A DNA stretch of 59,789 bases, from positions 1 through 59,789 of the forward strand of contig JANJXB010000072.1 in the NCBI GenBank assembly GCA_024709245.1, given 5' to 3'. The stretch is from Acholeplasmataceae bacterium (GTDB taxonomy: Bacteria > Bacillota_I > Bacilli_A > Acholeplasmatales > Acholeplasmataceae). Shown piece by piece: positions 39,839 to 50,035 of the stretch (position 1 is its first letter; each line of letters starts with the position of its first letter). A program made the translations under genes and the position numbers. The notes under the pieces were generated by a model. That model saw only the letters and a list, made by a program, of their open reading frames with translations. It did not search any database and was not told where the DNA came from.

Positions 39839-40718
39839 GAGTGGTCTCCTTTGAACGATCCTTTTGTGTAATGTAGTATGTCAATATGAATCCGATGACT
39901 AATGAAATCACGGTAACTCCCCAAATGACCCAAGATGCTTGAAAAACATTGTCTGATGTATTTTCTTGAAGGGTGAAGAGCATATTAAAAGGTGAAACAA
40001 TGATGATGCCAAGTACCCCATAAAAGAAATGAGTTCGGTACTTCTCAAGGACATGATACATGACTTTCCCCATCACAATCAACCCTGTGATAATCCCTGC
40101 AAGTAATACAAGAATCAAGGGCAGCTGACGAACGAGTTCGGTAAAATTGAGAGTGAAAACAGCATCAATGGCATCATTCCCAAGTGCCAAGAGTATTTGG
40201 AAAAATCCAAGAGCCATGAGTAAGGTCGAACCCGATAATCCAGGGATAATGAGTGCGGTGGAATATAAGAATCCTATGATGAATACAACCACATAATAAA
40301 TGAATGCATCAGGTGATTGTGTTGTTTCGGAGATAAACAAGAATGAAATCATGATGATCATCAAAATCACCATAGTTAGAAGATGATGCCACGATGTCTT
40401 GATGGATTTGAGTGATTTGATGATGGAAGGAATGGCACCAACAACGAGTCCGATGAATAAAAACGATAGAGGGAGCGGAATTTGTTCATACAAATATTCG
40501 ATGACAACAAATCCGATACCAAATCCAATGAGTACTCCAACAATATATTCCCAAACTGATAGTACTGCTTTAATGGGGTGTTTGGTCAAACGGTTCAGTG
40601 CTGTAATTAAGTGCTGATAGATACCTAAAATCGTAGCAACCATGGACCCGCTGATACCCGGTAAAATACTCCCCATGCCCACAAATGACCCTTTGATGAT
40701 TTTTAAAAGTCTTTGCAT
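39831..40718 (-). CDS. DUF368 family membrane protein (putative undecaprenyl-phosphate translocase)
   Basis: Polytopic protein with two repeated PG[IL]SG[ST] motifs (ILPGISGSM, IIPGLSGST), diagnostic of DUF368. Confidence 0.85.
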   Translation of the reverse strand: MQRLLKIIKGSFVGMGSILPGISGSMVATILGIYQHLITALNRLTKHPIKAVLSVWEYIVGVLIGFGIGFVVIEYLYEQIPLPLSFLFIGLVVGAIPSIIKSLKSIKTSWHHLLTMVILMIIMISFLFISETTQSPDAFIYYVVVFIIGFLYSTALIIPGLSGSTLLMALGFFQILLALGNDAIDAVFTLNFTELVRQLPLILVLLAGIITGLIVMGKVMYHVLEKYRTHFFYGVLGIIIVSPFNMLFTLQENTSDNVFQASWVIWGVTVISLVIGFILTYYITQKDRSKETTHD

Positions 40719-40867
40719 AAAATCTCCTTGAACTGATGGGATTCGTCATTTCATGGTTTCGTTCATCGGATTCACCTATAAACTTCAACGACAAATCAAT
40801 CGGTTGTGTTTCCATTTTAACATATTTTTATGACTCATATGTATGCTATAATGGAATCGGTGATCAT

Positions 40868-41680
40868 ATGACAGAATTCATTGAAATATTAAAATATATA
40901 CTACTCGGTATCATTCAGGGAATCACTGAAATTTTTCCTGTTTCATCCTCTGGACACCTCACCATATTCTCAAATTTACTCGGTATGGATCTCACCCATT
41001 TATCCATTTTCCTGATGCTGACCAATGCTGGATCATTTTTTGCACTTCTCTTCTTTTTCAGAAAAGATGTGAAGAGTTTGATTCGAGGTTCATGGCGTTA
41101 TGTGGTGAAACGCGAAGTGCATTGTAAAGAAGATTTTGTTTATGTCACTAAACTTGTGATTGCAATCATCCCGATTGGGATCTTTGGTCTTTTAATGAAA
41201 GACTTACTACCTGATGATATGCTGGTTGTGGGATTCTCATTGATTCTTACTTCAGGTCTCTTATATTATATTTATCAACAGCGAGATATTCAGTGGAAAT
41301 CGGATGTGACCTGGAAAAATGCTATAGTGATCGGTGCATTTCAAATGTTTGCCATTTTCCCGGGGATTTCAAGAAGTGGCATTACAATCACAGGCGGTCT
41401 CAGTCAAAAAATTGAATTGAAGAAGGTCCTCCGATTCTCCTTCCTAAGCTATTTGATTATTTCAGTTCCTGTCACCCTACTCGGTATCTATGAAGCAATC
41501 TATGCCACTGAGTCCATTCATCTTGTCGGATATAGCCTGGCATTCATCATGAGCTTTGTCTTCAGCTTGATTGCTGTTAAATATCTTTATGAATATGTCA
41601 AAGTGAAGAATCTCATATATTTCGCAGTTTACTGTTTGTGTGCGGGGATCTTATCTATCGTATTATTCTTCGTTTTGTAA
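40868..41680 (+). CDS. uppP: Undecaprenyl-diphosphate phosphatase (BacA)
   Basis: QGITEIFPVSSSGH and PGISRSG motifs. Start refined to 40868. Confidence 0.92.
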   Translation: MTEFIEILKYILLGIIQGITEIFPVSSSGHLTIFSNLLGMDLTHLSIFLMLTNAGSFFALLFFFRKDVKSLIRGSWRYVVKREVHCKEDFVYVTKLVIAIIPIGIFGLLMKDLLPDDMLVVGFSLILTSGLLYYIYQQRDIQWKSDVTWKNAIVIGAFQMFAIFPGISRSGITITGGLSQKIELKKVLRFSFLSYLIISVPVTLLGIYEAIYATESIHLVGYSLAFIMSFVFSLIAVKYLYEYVKVKNLIYFAVYCLCAGILSIVLFFVL

Positions 41681-41688
41681 ATCATTCC

Positions 41689-41713
41689 AGCATTCCTCAA
41701 GGAGTGCTTTTTT
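41689..41713 (+). terminator. Intrinsic terminator after uppP
   Basis: AGCATTCC/GGAGTGCT hairpin plus T-run. Confidence 0.7.
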
Positions 41714-41792
41714 CTTTTAATATCAAAGCATCATTTATTAATTGAGCGTAATGTATTACAATGGAGATAAATCAGCACAAGAAGGAGTATGT

Positions 41793-43214
41793 ATGGATAA
41801 CTATCAGATGAAAAAAGGCGAAAAACTAATTTTTGCATGGGGTGATGTTTTTGGTGGGGGTGCGCAAGCACTGATTGGGGTGATCTATCTCGTCTTTCTA
41901 ACACAAGTCATTCGGATCAATCCTGCGATTGCAACCACAATCATATTGATTTCTAAGGTATGGGATGCTGTTACAGATCCTCTTATGGGAATCATCAGTG
42001 ACAACACTAGAACAAAAATTGGACGTAGAAGACCCTATATTTTAGCTGGAGGCTTTCTCGTCATTATTGCATTTCTTCTGTTATGGCTACCCATCGGGGG
42101 TTGGTCATCCAATGTGATGAAGGTTGCTTATTTAATCACTACTTATGTTTTTTATAGCACGATTTCTACCATCATTGCAGTACCTTACAGTTCGTTATCC
42201 GCTGAGATTACAACCAACGTGAAAGAACGGAATACCGTCAATATCTTTCGATTGGTTGTATCAACGGTTGCTACTGCATTTTGTACGCTGGTTCCAACGC
42301 TTGTATTGGAATCATTTGTAGCTGGTTCCATCTCCATCGAAGTTTTCTATGCAATCGTTGCTGTAGGATTTGGCCTATTCTTTGCACTTCCTTTAATCTT
42401 GATTGGTCTCTATACCAAAGAACGTGTGACACTGCCGACTGAGAAATCAAAATTCCATGCAAAGACCTTTGTTAAGCCACTTCAAGTCAAAGCATTCCGC
42501 GGTTTAATCTATATGTACCTCTGTCAAAGTATCTCAATGGATATTCTATCTGCGGGTATTATTTATTACGCAATGTTTGTTGTTCCAGGTAGTGCAACTG
42601 TATTCTTAGGTATTTTCATAGGTGTACAATTGCTGATGTTCCCAATCATCAACTATGTCATCTCAAAAGTAGACAAACGAAAGGTTTACTACTTCGGTTT
42701 ACCTCTTGCGATCCTATCATTCATTGGTGTGGGTCTTTATCCTTCTGAGTGGCCAGTGATTGGTGCTTATCTGTTTACAGCACTAACCGCCATTGGTTTT
42801 GCAGGAGCACAACTCATGAGCTGGATCATCTTCCCAGATGCTGTGGATGCGGGTGAGTTAAAACTTGGCGAACGTGCAACTGGTAGTTTTTCGGGTATCA
42901 TGACATTCATCAGAAAAACAAGTTCAGCAATTGCTATCCAATTCTTTGGAATCATGCTGTTTCTTTCGGGTTTCGTTTTACCCACTGATGACGTTCAACT
43001 TCCAGTTCAACCAGACAGTGCGATTTTAGGTATTCGACTCGCGATGTCACTTGGATTTGTAGTATTGATGAGCATCGGATATATCGCTGCTCGAAAATTT
43101 GTGTTAACCAACGAGAGAAGTCTTCAGGTGAGATCTTTCCTCAAGGATAGGGAAGAAGGTCATTTGGATACAACATCCAAAGAGTACATTGAATTGACCA
43201 AAGTCTTGTTTTAG
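41793..43214 (+). CDS. MFS glycoside-pentoside-hexuronide (GPH/MelB-like) transporter
   Basis: WDAVTDPLMGIISDNTRTKIGRRRPY, VPYSSL..ER and PDAVD..ELKLGER motifs. Start refined to 41793 behind AAGGAG. Confidence 0.9.
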   Translation: MDNYQMKKGEKLIFAWGDVFGGGAQALIGVIYLVFLTQVIRINPAIATTIILISKVWDAVTDPLMGIISDNTRTKIGRRRPYILAGGFLVIIAFLLLWLPIGGWSSNVMKVAYLITTYVFYSTISTIIAVPYSSLSAEITTNVKERNTVNIFRLVVSTVATAFCTLVPTLVLESFVAGSISIEVFYAIVAVGFGLFFALPLILIGLYTKERVTLPTEKSKFHAKTFVKPLQVKAFRGLIYMYLCQSISMDILSAGIIYYAMFVVPGSATVFLGIFIGVQLLMFPIINYVISKVDKRKVYYFGLPLAILSFIGVGLYPSEWPVIGAYLFTALTAIGFAGAQLMSWIIFPDAVDAGELKLGERATGSFSGIMTFIRKTSSAIAIQFFGIMLFLSGFVLPTDDVQLPVQPDSAILGIRLAMSLGFVVLMSIGYIAARKFVLTNERSLQVRSFLKDREEGHLDTTSKEYIELTKVLF

Positions 43215-43223
43215 GAGGTTGTC

Positions 43224-45074
43224 ATGGCTTTATCGGCTGATGTTGGCATGAAAATCAAAATGAATACCAAGTCGTTCAAGGAAATCATTGAATTGGATCA
43301 AGGAAAATCAATCGATGAAACAGGTATTCAAGGACTGATTGATTTTGTGAATGCTAGGCACGATTGTGCTGATTTTCGAATGATTGTTTTGATTAAAGTT
43401 TATTATAGTTATCGAAATTTACTGTCTTCATCGATGGTGGATCAGATACAAAAAGCCATTTTGAATTTTAAGTATTCCATGTCAGAACCTGGTTCTGATG
43501 GAATGTGTTATTGGTCTGAAAATCATCAATTATTGTTTGCGACATGTGAGTATCTTTCCGGTCAATTATTTCCAGATAACGTGTTTCAAAATGATCAAAG
43601 AGTCGGTTCTTTGCATAAGATTGATGCAAAGAATAAGATCTTACAATGGCTTTATCATCGCTTTATCTATGGTTTCACAGAATGGCACTCTAATACCTAT
43701 TATGAGGAAGATATCGCACCCTTATGTGTTCTTGTAGATCATGCAGATGATGTTGAAATCGTTGAAAAGTCGAAGATGATTTTGGATTTATTATTTCTAG
43801 ATATGGCCATGCATTCTTATGAGGGATTTTTTGTAGCAACTTCAGGAAGATGTTACGAAGACCAAAAGAAAAATCCTGAACATGCTGATGTCAATGACAT
43901 TCTTGCTCATGCATTTGGTATTCAAAAAAGAACATACGATTACACACGACTTTCATCGCTTTACTTGTTGTGTAAAAACTATCAAGTCCCAAATATCATA
44001 CAAGCAATTGCACGGGATTCCAGTGTATCCATCATCAAGGATTCGATGGGTCTTGATTTAAAAGAAGTCAAAAAGGAAATGCCAAAACATGATTTACTCG
44101 AACGTGGCATGTTTCTATGGTCGATGGAAGCATTCACCAATGTGGAATCGATCAACATGACCATTGATATGTTCAATGCTTGGAATTTAAAAGAAAATAA
44201 TTTCTTGAGAGATCTGAAACAAGTCAATATTCCAATCCTCAGAAAATTAGGATTATTACCTTTATTGGTGAGAATACTGAATCCTGCAACACAGGGCGTT
44301 GCAATCGAGAGAGCAAACACTTACACCTATAAGACTAGGGATTACATGTTATCTACAGCTCAGCATCACCATCCAAGGTTCTTTGGGGATCAACAGCACA
44401 TTTGGCAAGCCACGCTCCCGAAACAAGTCAGCATCTTTTCTACACATCCTGGTTCACCCATGTTTGATGATGCTGCACGCAACTTCTCACCTGCATATTG
44501 GGTAGGTAATGGCATTAATCCAGATGCTATTCAACACGAAAACAAACTTTTTGTGATGTATGATCTTACGGCTCGAAAAGGATATCTTGAGCGTAAACGT
44601 CAAGATTTCATCCACATTCACTTTCCAATCGATCAAATGGATCATTATCATATTGACTTGAATCACGCATTTGGTGCTTCTGGAAATGGGTACATCGCGA
44701 TTAAGACAACGCACCTCATTGAACAATTCTCCCCGATTGAATTAATCATTCGAGGAAAGCATACCGGATTTGTTGTCTTGATGGGAAATGCTGCAAAAGA
44801 TGGTACATTTGACCATTTTATGGACAAAATCAAAAAAACGACACTTGAAACAGATCACCATCGGATGAGACTTTACTGTGATGAAATCTATGTGATGCGT
44901 TTCAACCGTGGTTTATGGGTGGATGGCAAAAAAGTCAATACAGATCATGATCGATACGAAACTCCGTATATTCAAAGCGCGAGAAAACCAGATTCATTGT
45001 GCATCACACATCGTGGACAATCATTATCTTTAGATTTTAATAACATGAAGAGATTGGAGAATACTCATGTCTGA
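43224..45074 (+). CDS. Uncharacterised cytoplasmic protein, possibly a lyase-type (alpha/alpha toroid plus beta-sandwich) carbohydrate-active enzyme
   Basis: 616-aa ORF with strong RBS (AGGAGG) between a sugar transporter and GH105. Helical N-terminal half with WSENH and EWHSNTY motifs; beta-rich C-terminal half. Family assignment is inference. Confidence 0.6.
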   Translation: MALSADVGMKIKMNTKSFKEIIELDQGKSIDETGIQGLIDFVNARHDCADFRMIVLIKVYYSYRNLLSSSMVDQIQKAILNFKYSMSEPGSDGMCYWSENHQLLFATCEYLSGQLFPDNVFQNDQRVGSLHKIDAKNKILQWLYHRFIYGFTEWHSNTYYEEDIAPLCVLVDHADDVEIVEKSKMILDLLFLDMAMHSYEGFFVATSGRCYEDQKKNPEHADVNDILAHAFGIQKRTYDYTRLSSLYLLCKNYQVPNIIQAIARDSSVSIIKDSMGLDLKEVKKEMPKHDLLERGMFLWSMEAFTNVESINMTIDMFNAWNLKENNFLRDLKQVNIPILRKLGLLPLLVRILNPATQGVAIERANTYTYKTRDYMLSTAQHHHPRFFGDQQHIWQATLPKQVSIFSTHPGSPMFDDAARNFSPAYWVGNGINPDAIQHENKLFVMYDLTARKGYLERKRQDFIHIHFPIDQMDHYHIDLNHAFGASGNGYIAIKTTHLIEQFSPIELIIRGKHTGFVVLMGNAAKDGTFDHFMDKIKKTTLETDHHRMRLYCDEIYVMRFNRGLWVDGKKVNTDHDRYETPYIQSARKPDSLCITHRGQSLSLDFNNMKRLENTHV

Positions 45075-46113
45075 TCGATATGTCAAAAAAGTCATTGATC
45101 TTGCTGATGATATTACAAATACTTGGGCACCCAAGATGAAGTGGATGTGGGGTGAAGCACTCCTTGGATATGCACTTGCAAAGCTTGACATCCACATGAA
45201 CTCTGATCGATATACTCCATTTTTAAAGGGGTATTGTGACTATTACGTTGAAAATCCACCCCGCGTCGATCAAAGTGATACTTCTGCTCCCGGATTAATC
45301 ACCTATATGATGTATCAAAAAACAGGAAATCCCGACTATAAGAAACTCACAGATCGTGTACTTCATTATATTCAACATGAGCCTAGACTGATTGAAGATT
45401 CTGTAAATCATCTCGGAAATTCACCGGAAGGAAAAATATACCCGAAATCCATTTGGGTTGATAGTTTGATGATGTTTTCTGTCTTTCCTTCGCTTTATGC
45501 AAAAGACACTGGGGATCAGACTATGATGGACATCGCAGCGAGACAACCTCGAGTCATGTCTAAATACATGCAGGACCCTCATGATCATTTATGGTATCAT
45601 TCCTATTGGGTCAAATGGAAAATGCATTATCCAAAGAGAAAGATTTATTGGGGACGTGGTAACGGATGGGTTGTTGCCTCACTCCCAATGATCTTAGAGC
45701 ATGTTGGTGATCACCAAGAACGAGAACACATCATTCAAATTTTCAAGAAAACGTGTGCCGCTGTGCTCCCTTATCAAAGAATGGATGGAACGTTTGAAAC
45801 TGTGATCAACAGGGTCGGTAAAACATATAGAGAACTCTCAATGACTGCACTCATTGCATCAGGTTTTATGAAAGGTTATCAGATGGGTTTACTCGATCAA
45901 ACATATCTTGAAGCTGGCAAGAAAGCTTTTATTGCCGTTGTTGATGCTATTCAAACAGAAAATGGGCACCTCTACATGCCTGAAATCAGTGGACCGACCA
46001 TTCCAATGCCACTATTCCCATATTTGGGTTATAAGTGGATTCCAAGAGGAAAGAACTGGTCGTATGGGATTGCTGCGTTAATCTTTGCTGCCATTGCTTA
46101 TGACTCGCTATAA
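45067..46113 (+). CDS. Unsaturated glycuronyl/rhamnogalacturonyl hydrolase (GH105/GH88 family)
   Basis: W.WGE, IWVDSLMM, WGRGNGW and ELSMTAL motifs. Confidence 0.88.
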   Translation: MSDRYVKKVIDLADDITNTWAPKMKWMWGEALLGYALAKLDIHMNSDRYTPFLKGYCDYYVENPPRVDQSDTSAPGLITYMMYQKTGNPDYKKLTDRVLHYIQHEPRLIEDSVNHLGNSPEGKIYPKSIWVDSLMMFSVFPSLYAKDTGDQTMMDIAARQPRVMSKYMQDPHDHLWYHSYWVKWKMHYPKRKIYWGRGNGWVVASLPMILEHVGDHQEREHIIQIFKKTCAAVLPYQRMDGTFETVINRVGKTYRELSMTALIASGFMKGYQMGLLDQTYLEAGKKAFIAVVDAIQTENGHLYMPEISGPTIPMPLFPYLGYKWIPRGKNWSYGIAALIFAAIAYDSL

Positions 46114-46142
46114 AAAAGACTGACCGGACGGTCAGTCTTTTT
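46113..46142. terminator. Bidirectional terminator between convergent GH105 and galE
   Basis: AAAAAGACTGACC-GGAC-GGTCAGTCTTTTT perfect hairpin with A/T tails. Confidence 0.85.
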
Positions 46143-46143
46143 G

Positions 46144-47112
46144 TTACTTGTTCGATATTTTTTTACGATAATTGTAATCCGATCTCACAATGTCTTCCAA
46201 AGTGTACTTAGGAATCCATTTCAAAATACGTTTTGCTTTATCGTTCGATGCGATGAGTTCAGCGGGATCGCCATCTCTTCTTGCTCCAATCACCACTTTA
46301 AGTGGAGCAATGCTGTTGACAGCTTTTGCAACTTCTAAGACGGTGTATCCACTATTGGACCCTAGATTCATGGTTTCACTCTTTCCACCATTCATCAGAT
46401 AATGAGCACCCAATACGTGAGCATACGCAAGATCACTCACATGAATGTAGTCCCTGATGCATGTTCCATCTTTGGTTGGATAGTCATTTCCATAGATGGT
46501 TAAGTGATCTCTTAATCCGATGATACCCTGTATGGCAACGGGAATTAAGTGCGTGAGTTGATCTTTCATCAACCCGATTTTCAGTGATGCATCGGCTCCA
46601 GCAACATTGAAGTATCTAAAAATAACATAGTGGAAATCGTGTGCATTTGCAACCCATTGAATCATCTTTTCACAGGCGAGTTTGGTTTCACCATATGGAT
46701 TGATTGGTTTTGTGACCATATCTTCCTGACAAACACCAGAAGCTTCACCGTAAACTGCAGCAGTCGATGAGAAAACGAGTTTTTTGACATTGAAATCTTT
46801 CATTGTCTCAAGAAGAACGCGTACGCCCTCAACATTATTGTAATAATACTCAAGAGGTTCTTTCACCGATTCAGGGACAACAATCTTTGCTGCAAAATGC
46901 ATCACAACGTCAATTTTTTCTTGTTTGAATACCGATTCTACATCGGATTTGATCCGAATATCCCCTTGATAAAACTTAGCCTTAGGATGAACGAGTTCCA
47001 TATAACCCGATGAAAGATTATCTAAGATGATGACTTCTTGTCCATCTTTAATCAATTCATAAACCGTGTGTGAACCAATATAACCCGCACCACCAACCAC
47101 CAATACGCGCAT
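46144..47112 (-). CDS. galE: UDP-glucose 4-epimerase
   Basis: GGAGYIGSH, FSSTAAVYG, YGETK, RYFNVAGA and DGTCIRDYIHV motifs. Start refined to 47112. Confidence 0.96.
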   Translation of the reverse strand: MRVLVVGGAGYIGSHTVYELIKDGQEVIILDNLSSGYMELVHPKAKFYQGDIRIKSDVESVFKQEKIDVVMHFAAKIVVPESVKEPLEYYYNNVEGVRVLLETMKDFNVKKLVFSSTAAVYGEASGVCQEDMVTKPINPYGETKLACEKMIQWVANAHDFHYVIFRYFNVAGADASLKIGLMKDQLTHLIPVAIQGIIGLRDHLTIYGNDYPTKDGTCIRDYIHVSDLAYAHVLGAHYLMNGGKSETMNLGSNSGYTVLEVAKAVNSIAPLKVVIGARRDGDPAELIASNDKAKRILKWIPKYTLEDIVRSDYNYRKKISNK

Positions 47113-47146
47113 AAGAACCCTCCTATGAGATTCAAGTCTAATATCA

Positions 47147-47812
47147 TTATACGACATTATTTGTTCGATTAGCAAACAAAAGATAGGAAACCCAATGAAT
47201 GACAGTGAAAATCAGGATAAAACTTACCATGAATTGAAATTCTTCAAATAGAGAAGCAAGGATTTGGAACAGTCTTAAAAAATCCCAAGAGTTAAATCTT
47301 AGAAAGCGTCCAATATAAATTCCAGTGGATGATAAGAGAAACAAAGAAGTCAAGAGGATGATTTTGTAGGGTTTTAACTTTAATTTTGAAAGAAATGTAT
47401 CCTCTAAAAGAACAATGGAATTGATGCCTAATTTGAGACCTAAAAGTGCTCCAACGGTGATGTGTCCCATCACTAGCCAGTCATCGGTTTGCATGGTGTA
47501 AATACTTGGATAATCAGTGAAAAAATCATAAACTTGCAGATGAATAAAATCTGTCAGAATATAGAAAGTATTGGGAAAAAAGAGAACCCATAAACCAAAA
47601 ATGAGTATGAGAAAAATCCAGTGTCTATTTTGATGGCTCTGGTATTTCATCAGTTTCGCGAGTGCAAAAACTACTGTGGCGAGTATCATGTTCCATCCCA
47701 AAAAAATGACTAACCCGTTTAATAAAAACGCACCCAATACTAGCGATAAAACCACATACAAAGCACTCGCGATATAAAGTTTATCGACTCTAGTTAACAG
47801 TTTAATTACCAT
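47147..47812 (-). CDS. DUF1361 family membrane protein
   Basis: WNMILA, WVLFFPNTFYILTDFIHL and GIYIGRFLRFNSWD motifs. Start refined to 47812. Confidence 0.8.
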   Translation of the reverse strand: MVIKLLTRVDKLYIASALYVVLSLVLGAFLLNGLVIFLGWNMILATVVFALAKLMKYQSHQNRHWIFLILIFGLWVLFFPNTFYILTDFIHLQVYDFFTDYPSIYTMQTDDWLVMGHITVGALLGLKLGINSIVLLEDTFLSKLKLKPYKIILLTSLFLLSSTGIYIGRFLRFNSWDFLRLFQILASLFEEFQFMVSFILIFTVIHWVSYLLFANRTNNVV

Positions 47813-49931
47813 ATCGACCTCGGATGGAATCACGAATGATGGACTGCATTTCTGCACTTGATACGATGATATCTGATAGCATTTTAAACCGTTTGATGTA
47901 CTCGAATATATGCTCTGAAACCTCTTCATGAAGCGGATATATGGTGTCTGGACTCTTCATGGAATAGATGTAGTCATCCATCACAACATCCATCAATCGG
48001 TTATCCAATGCGAATGTTGGTTCCTTGGATAATCCATGCACTCCATAGTATGGAGAATCGTCAATCGGCAGGTCGAAAAGTTCAACGATGGTTCTGAATA
48101 GATCAACTTGACTTCTGACTAAGTTTTGTTCTCCTACAAGCAAACCCTTACGGATGCCATAGTCACCATAATCCACCATTTCATCGCCTGGAACATAAAT
48201 CCATGCTGGAACTTTTTGTAAGATTTTTCGAGTTTCGATGACCGATAATGTTTCATCGAAAAGTATGTCCAAATCACCATTTTTTAGGCCTGATCCGTGA
48301 TCACTATAAAATACATACACCGTTTGATCAAGTGTATGATCTTCACCTGTTTCACTCACAAAAAACCGCTTGATGACATCGTCGATATAGTCTACATAAC
48401 TGATGTATTTCATCGTTATTCTAGAGATTAAATTTTCATATTCAGGATATAAGCCATCACGAATACCATTGGGATCAAAATCATATGGTGTGTGTGGCAT
48501 CATCGTGACTGGAAACAGCATGAATGGTGTAGATTGAGAAAGCAAACTTGATCCCACTCCATAGGTAAAATCAGCCAGATGATAGTCAGAAATCCAAGGA
48601 CTATGATGGATTTTCTGATTGACAGTATCATACATATAGCCGGATTCTACCTCGTATCCTTCTTCAATAAAATCTTCAAGGGCGTGGAAATGATCAAATC
48701 CATAAAGTTCAGGGTACACCTTGTCACGATTGTAAAAAGTCTCTTTATCACCATGAATCGCTTCCGTATAATATCCCATTTCTTTGAAGAACATAGGAAT
48801 GGACTCGAGTTCGTAGTCAATCGAATTGTATTCCCAATAAAGTGTACGATCGCCCATGGGATAAAGTCCAGTCATTACAGCAAGTTCACCATCCGAGCTG
48901 ACGCCCATGCCAACATTATTGTAAAAGTTATTGAACACAAATGACTGCTCGAGTAATCGATTTAAGAAAATAAACCGTTCAGAAATGGATGCATTCTCAA
49001 GCAAGAATTGATTCATCGATTCCAGATGGATCAACACTAAGTTTCGATCCTTTAAGATGCCATGAAGAAGATTGTCATTACGAATCGAGGGATCAACAAC
49101 CAGATCATCAACTGCATCTGTCAAGAGCAATCGATTCGAATAGACTTGATTATCGAAGAAATTGGTGTAGGTCGATTGGTTTTTATTGTAGAACTGATAC
49201 GCTTCAGCAATCTTGTGTTCTTCTTCCAAATCAAGGAATCTTTGTAAATCCAAGTCAAAAGGTTTCCCGAAAAATTCACCTACGTAGTATGGATATACTC
49301 CGAGATTTTGAATTGCAAACGTACTTTTGACCGCATTGATGGGTAGTACCGCTTGAAACTGTTGATAATAAGACATGATAGCTGTGAAAAATGTCATGGA
49401 AACCAATAAGACTGATGATAAAGTCTTTTGAACAGTGATTTTTAAAAACATCGCCTGTAATTGATTTCGGTCAGATAATTTATAGATGACCAGCAAAACG
49501 ATAAACGGAATAAAAACGACAATTCTCCAGTAGGTGATGAGCTCTAAAAGGGCATTGAAGAATGTACCTAAGGCGAAGCCGTCCGCCGGATTTTTAAATA
49601 TGGTGCTGGCTGGGATTGAAAATGAAGTTCCAAAGAACATATTGAAAACACCCATTGCAAAGATGAAGAAATTGAGGAAGAAGGTGAGAGCAAGCAAAGA
49701 AATCATGCGTGATTTGGCTTTTTTGATGAACGTAAAAAAAACCGTCATGATCAGAAACAGCACGGAGAAATTTCCGAGGAATGCATTCAACTCACCTAAA
49801 AATGTATGGGTAAAAGGTGCGATATAACGATTCAATATCGATGCAGTGAGCATGTAGGTATTCAGGATATTTAAGATGAAGAAAAGTCCGATGAATAAGA
49901 AATAGATGGACCACTGATTGTATTTTTTCAC
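47802..49931 (-). CDS. LTA synthase / phosphoglycerol transferase (LtaS/MdoB) family sulfatase-fold membrane enzyme
   Basis: About 5 N-terminal TM helices, then NLVLIHLES, GMGVSSDGE, HGD..FYNR, HTPY and YSDHG motifs. GTG start. Confidence 0.85.
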   Translation of the reverse strand: MKKYNQWSIYFLFIGLFFILNILNTYMLTASILNRYIAPFTHTFLGELNAFLGNFSVLFLIMTVFFTFIKKAKSRMISLLALTFFLNFFIFAMGVFNMFFGTSFSIPASTIFKNPADGFALGTFFNALLELITYWRIVVFIPFIVLLVIYKLSDRNQLQAMFLKITVQKTLSSVLLVSMTFFTAIMSYYQQFQAVLPINAVKSTFAIQNLGVYPYYVGEFFGKPFDLDLQRFLDLEEEHKIAEAYQFYNKNQSTYTNFFDNQVYSNRLLLTDAVDDLVVDPSIRNDNLLHGILKDRNLVLIHLESMNQFLLENASISERFIFLNRLLEQSFVFNNFYNNVGMGVSSDGELAVMTGLYPMGDRTLYWEYNSIDYELESIPMFFKEMGYYTEAIHGDKETFYNRDKVYPELYGFDHFHALEDFIEEGYEVESGYMYDTVNQKIHHSPWISDYHLADFTYGVGSSLLSQSTPFMLFPVTMMPHTPYDFDPNGIRDGLYPEYENLISRITMKYISYVDYIDDVIKRFFVSETGEDHTLDQTVYVFYSDHGSGLKNGDLDILFDETLSVIETRKILQKVPAWIYVPGDEMVDYGDYGIRKGLLVGEQNLVRSQVDLFRTIVELFDLPIDDSPYYGVHGLSKEPTFALDNRLMDVVMDDYIYSMKSPDTIYPLHEEVSEHIFEYIKRFKMLSDIIVSSAEMQSIIRDSIRGRYGN

Positions 49932-49991
49932 GTCATTCCCCCTTCCTTCATGTCTATGTGTTATTATAACTCATTTTCATATCACTGCATC

Positions 49992-50023
49992 AAAAAACCA
50001 CCCAGAAGTCTTGGGTGGCTTTT
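49992..50023 (-). terminator. Intrinsic terminator after metQ
   Basis: CCACCCA/TGGGTGG hairpin with A/T tails. Confidence 0.75.
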
Positions 50024-50035
50024 GATTGTGTGAAA

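Noticed and set aside
40719-40867. Possible structured leader or N-terminal extensions between DUF368 and uppP
   Set aside because: No riboswitch consensus or convincing stem found by eye; consistent with divergent promoters.
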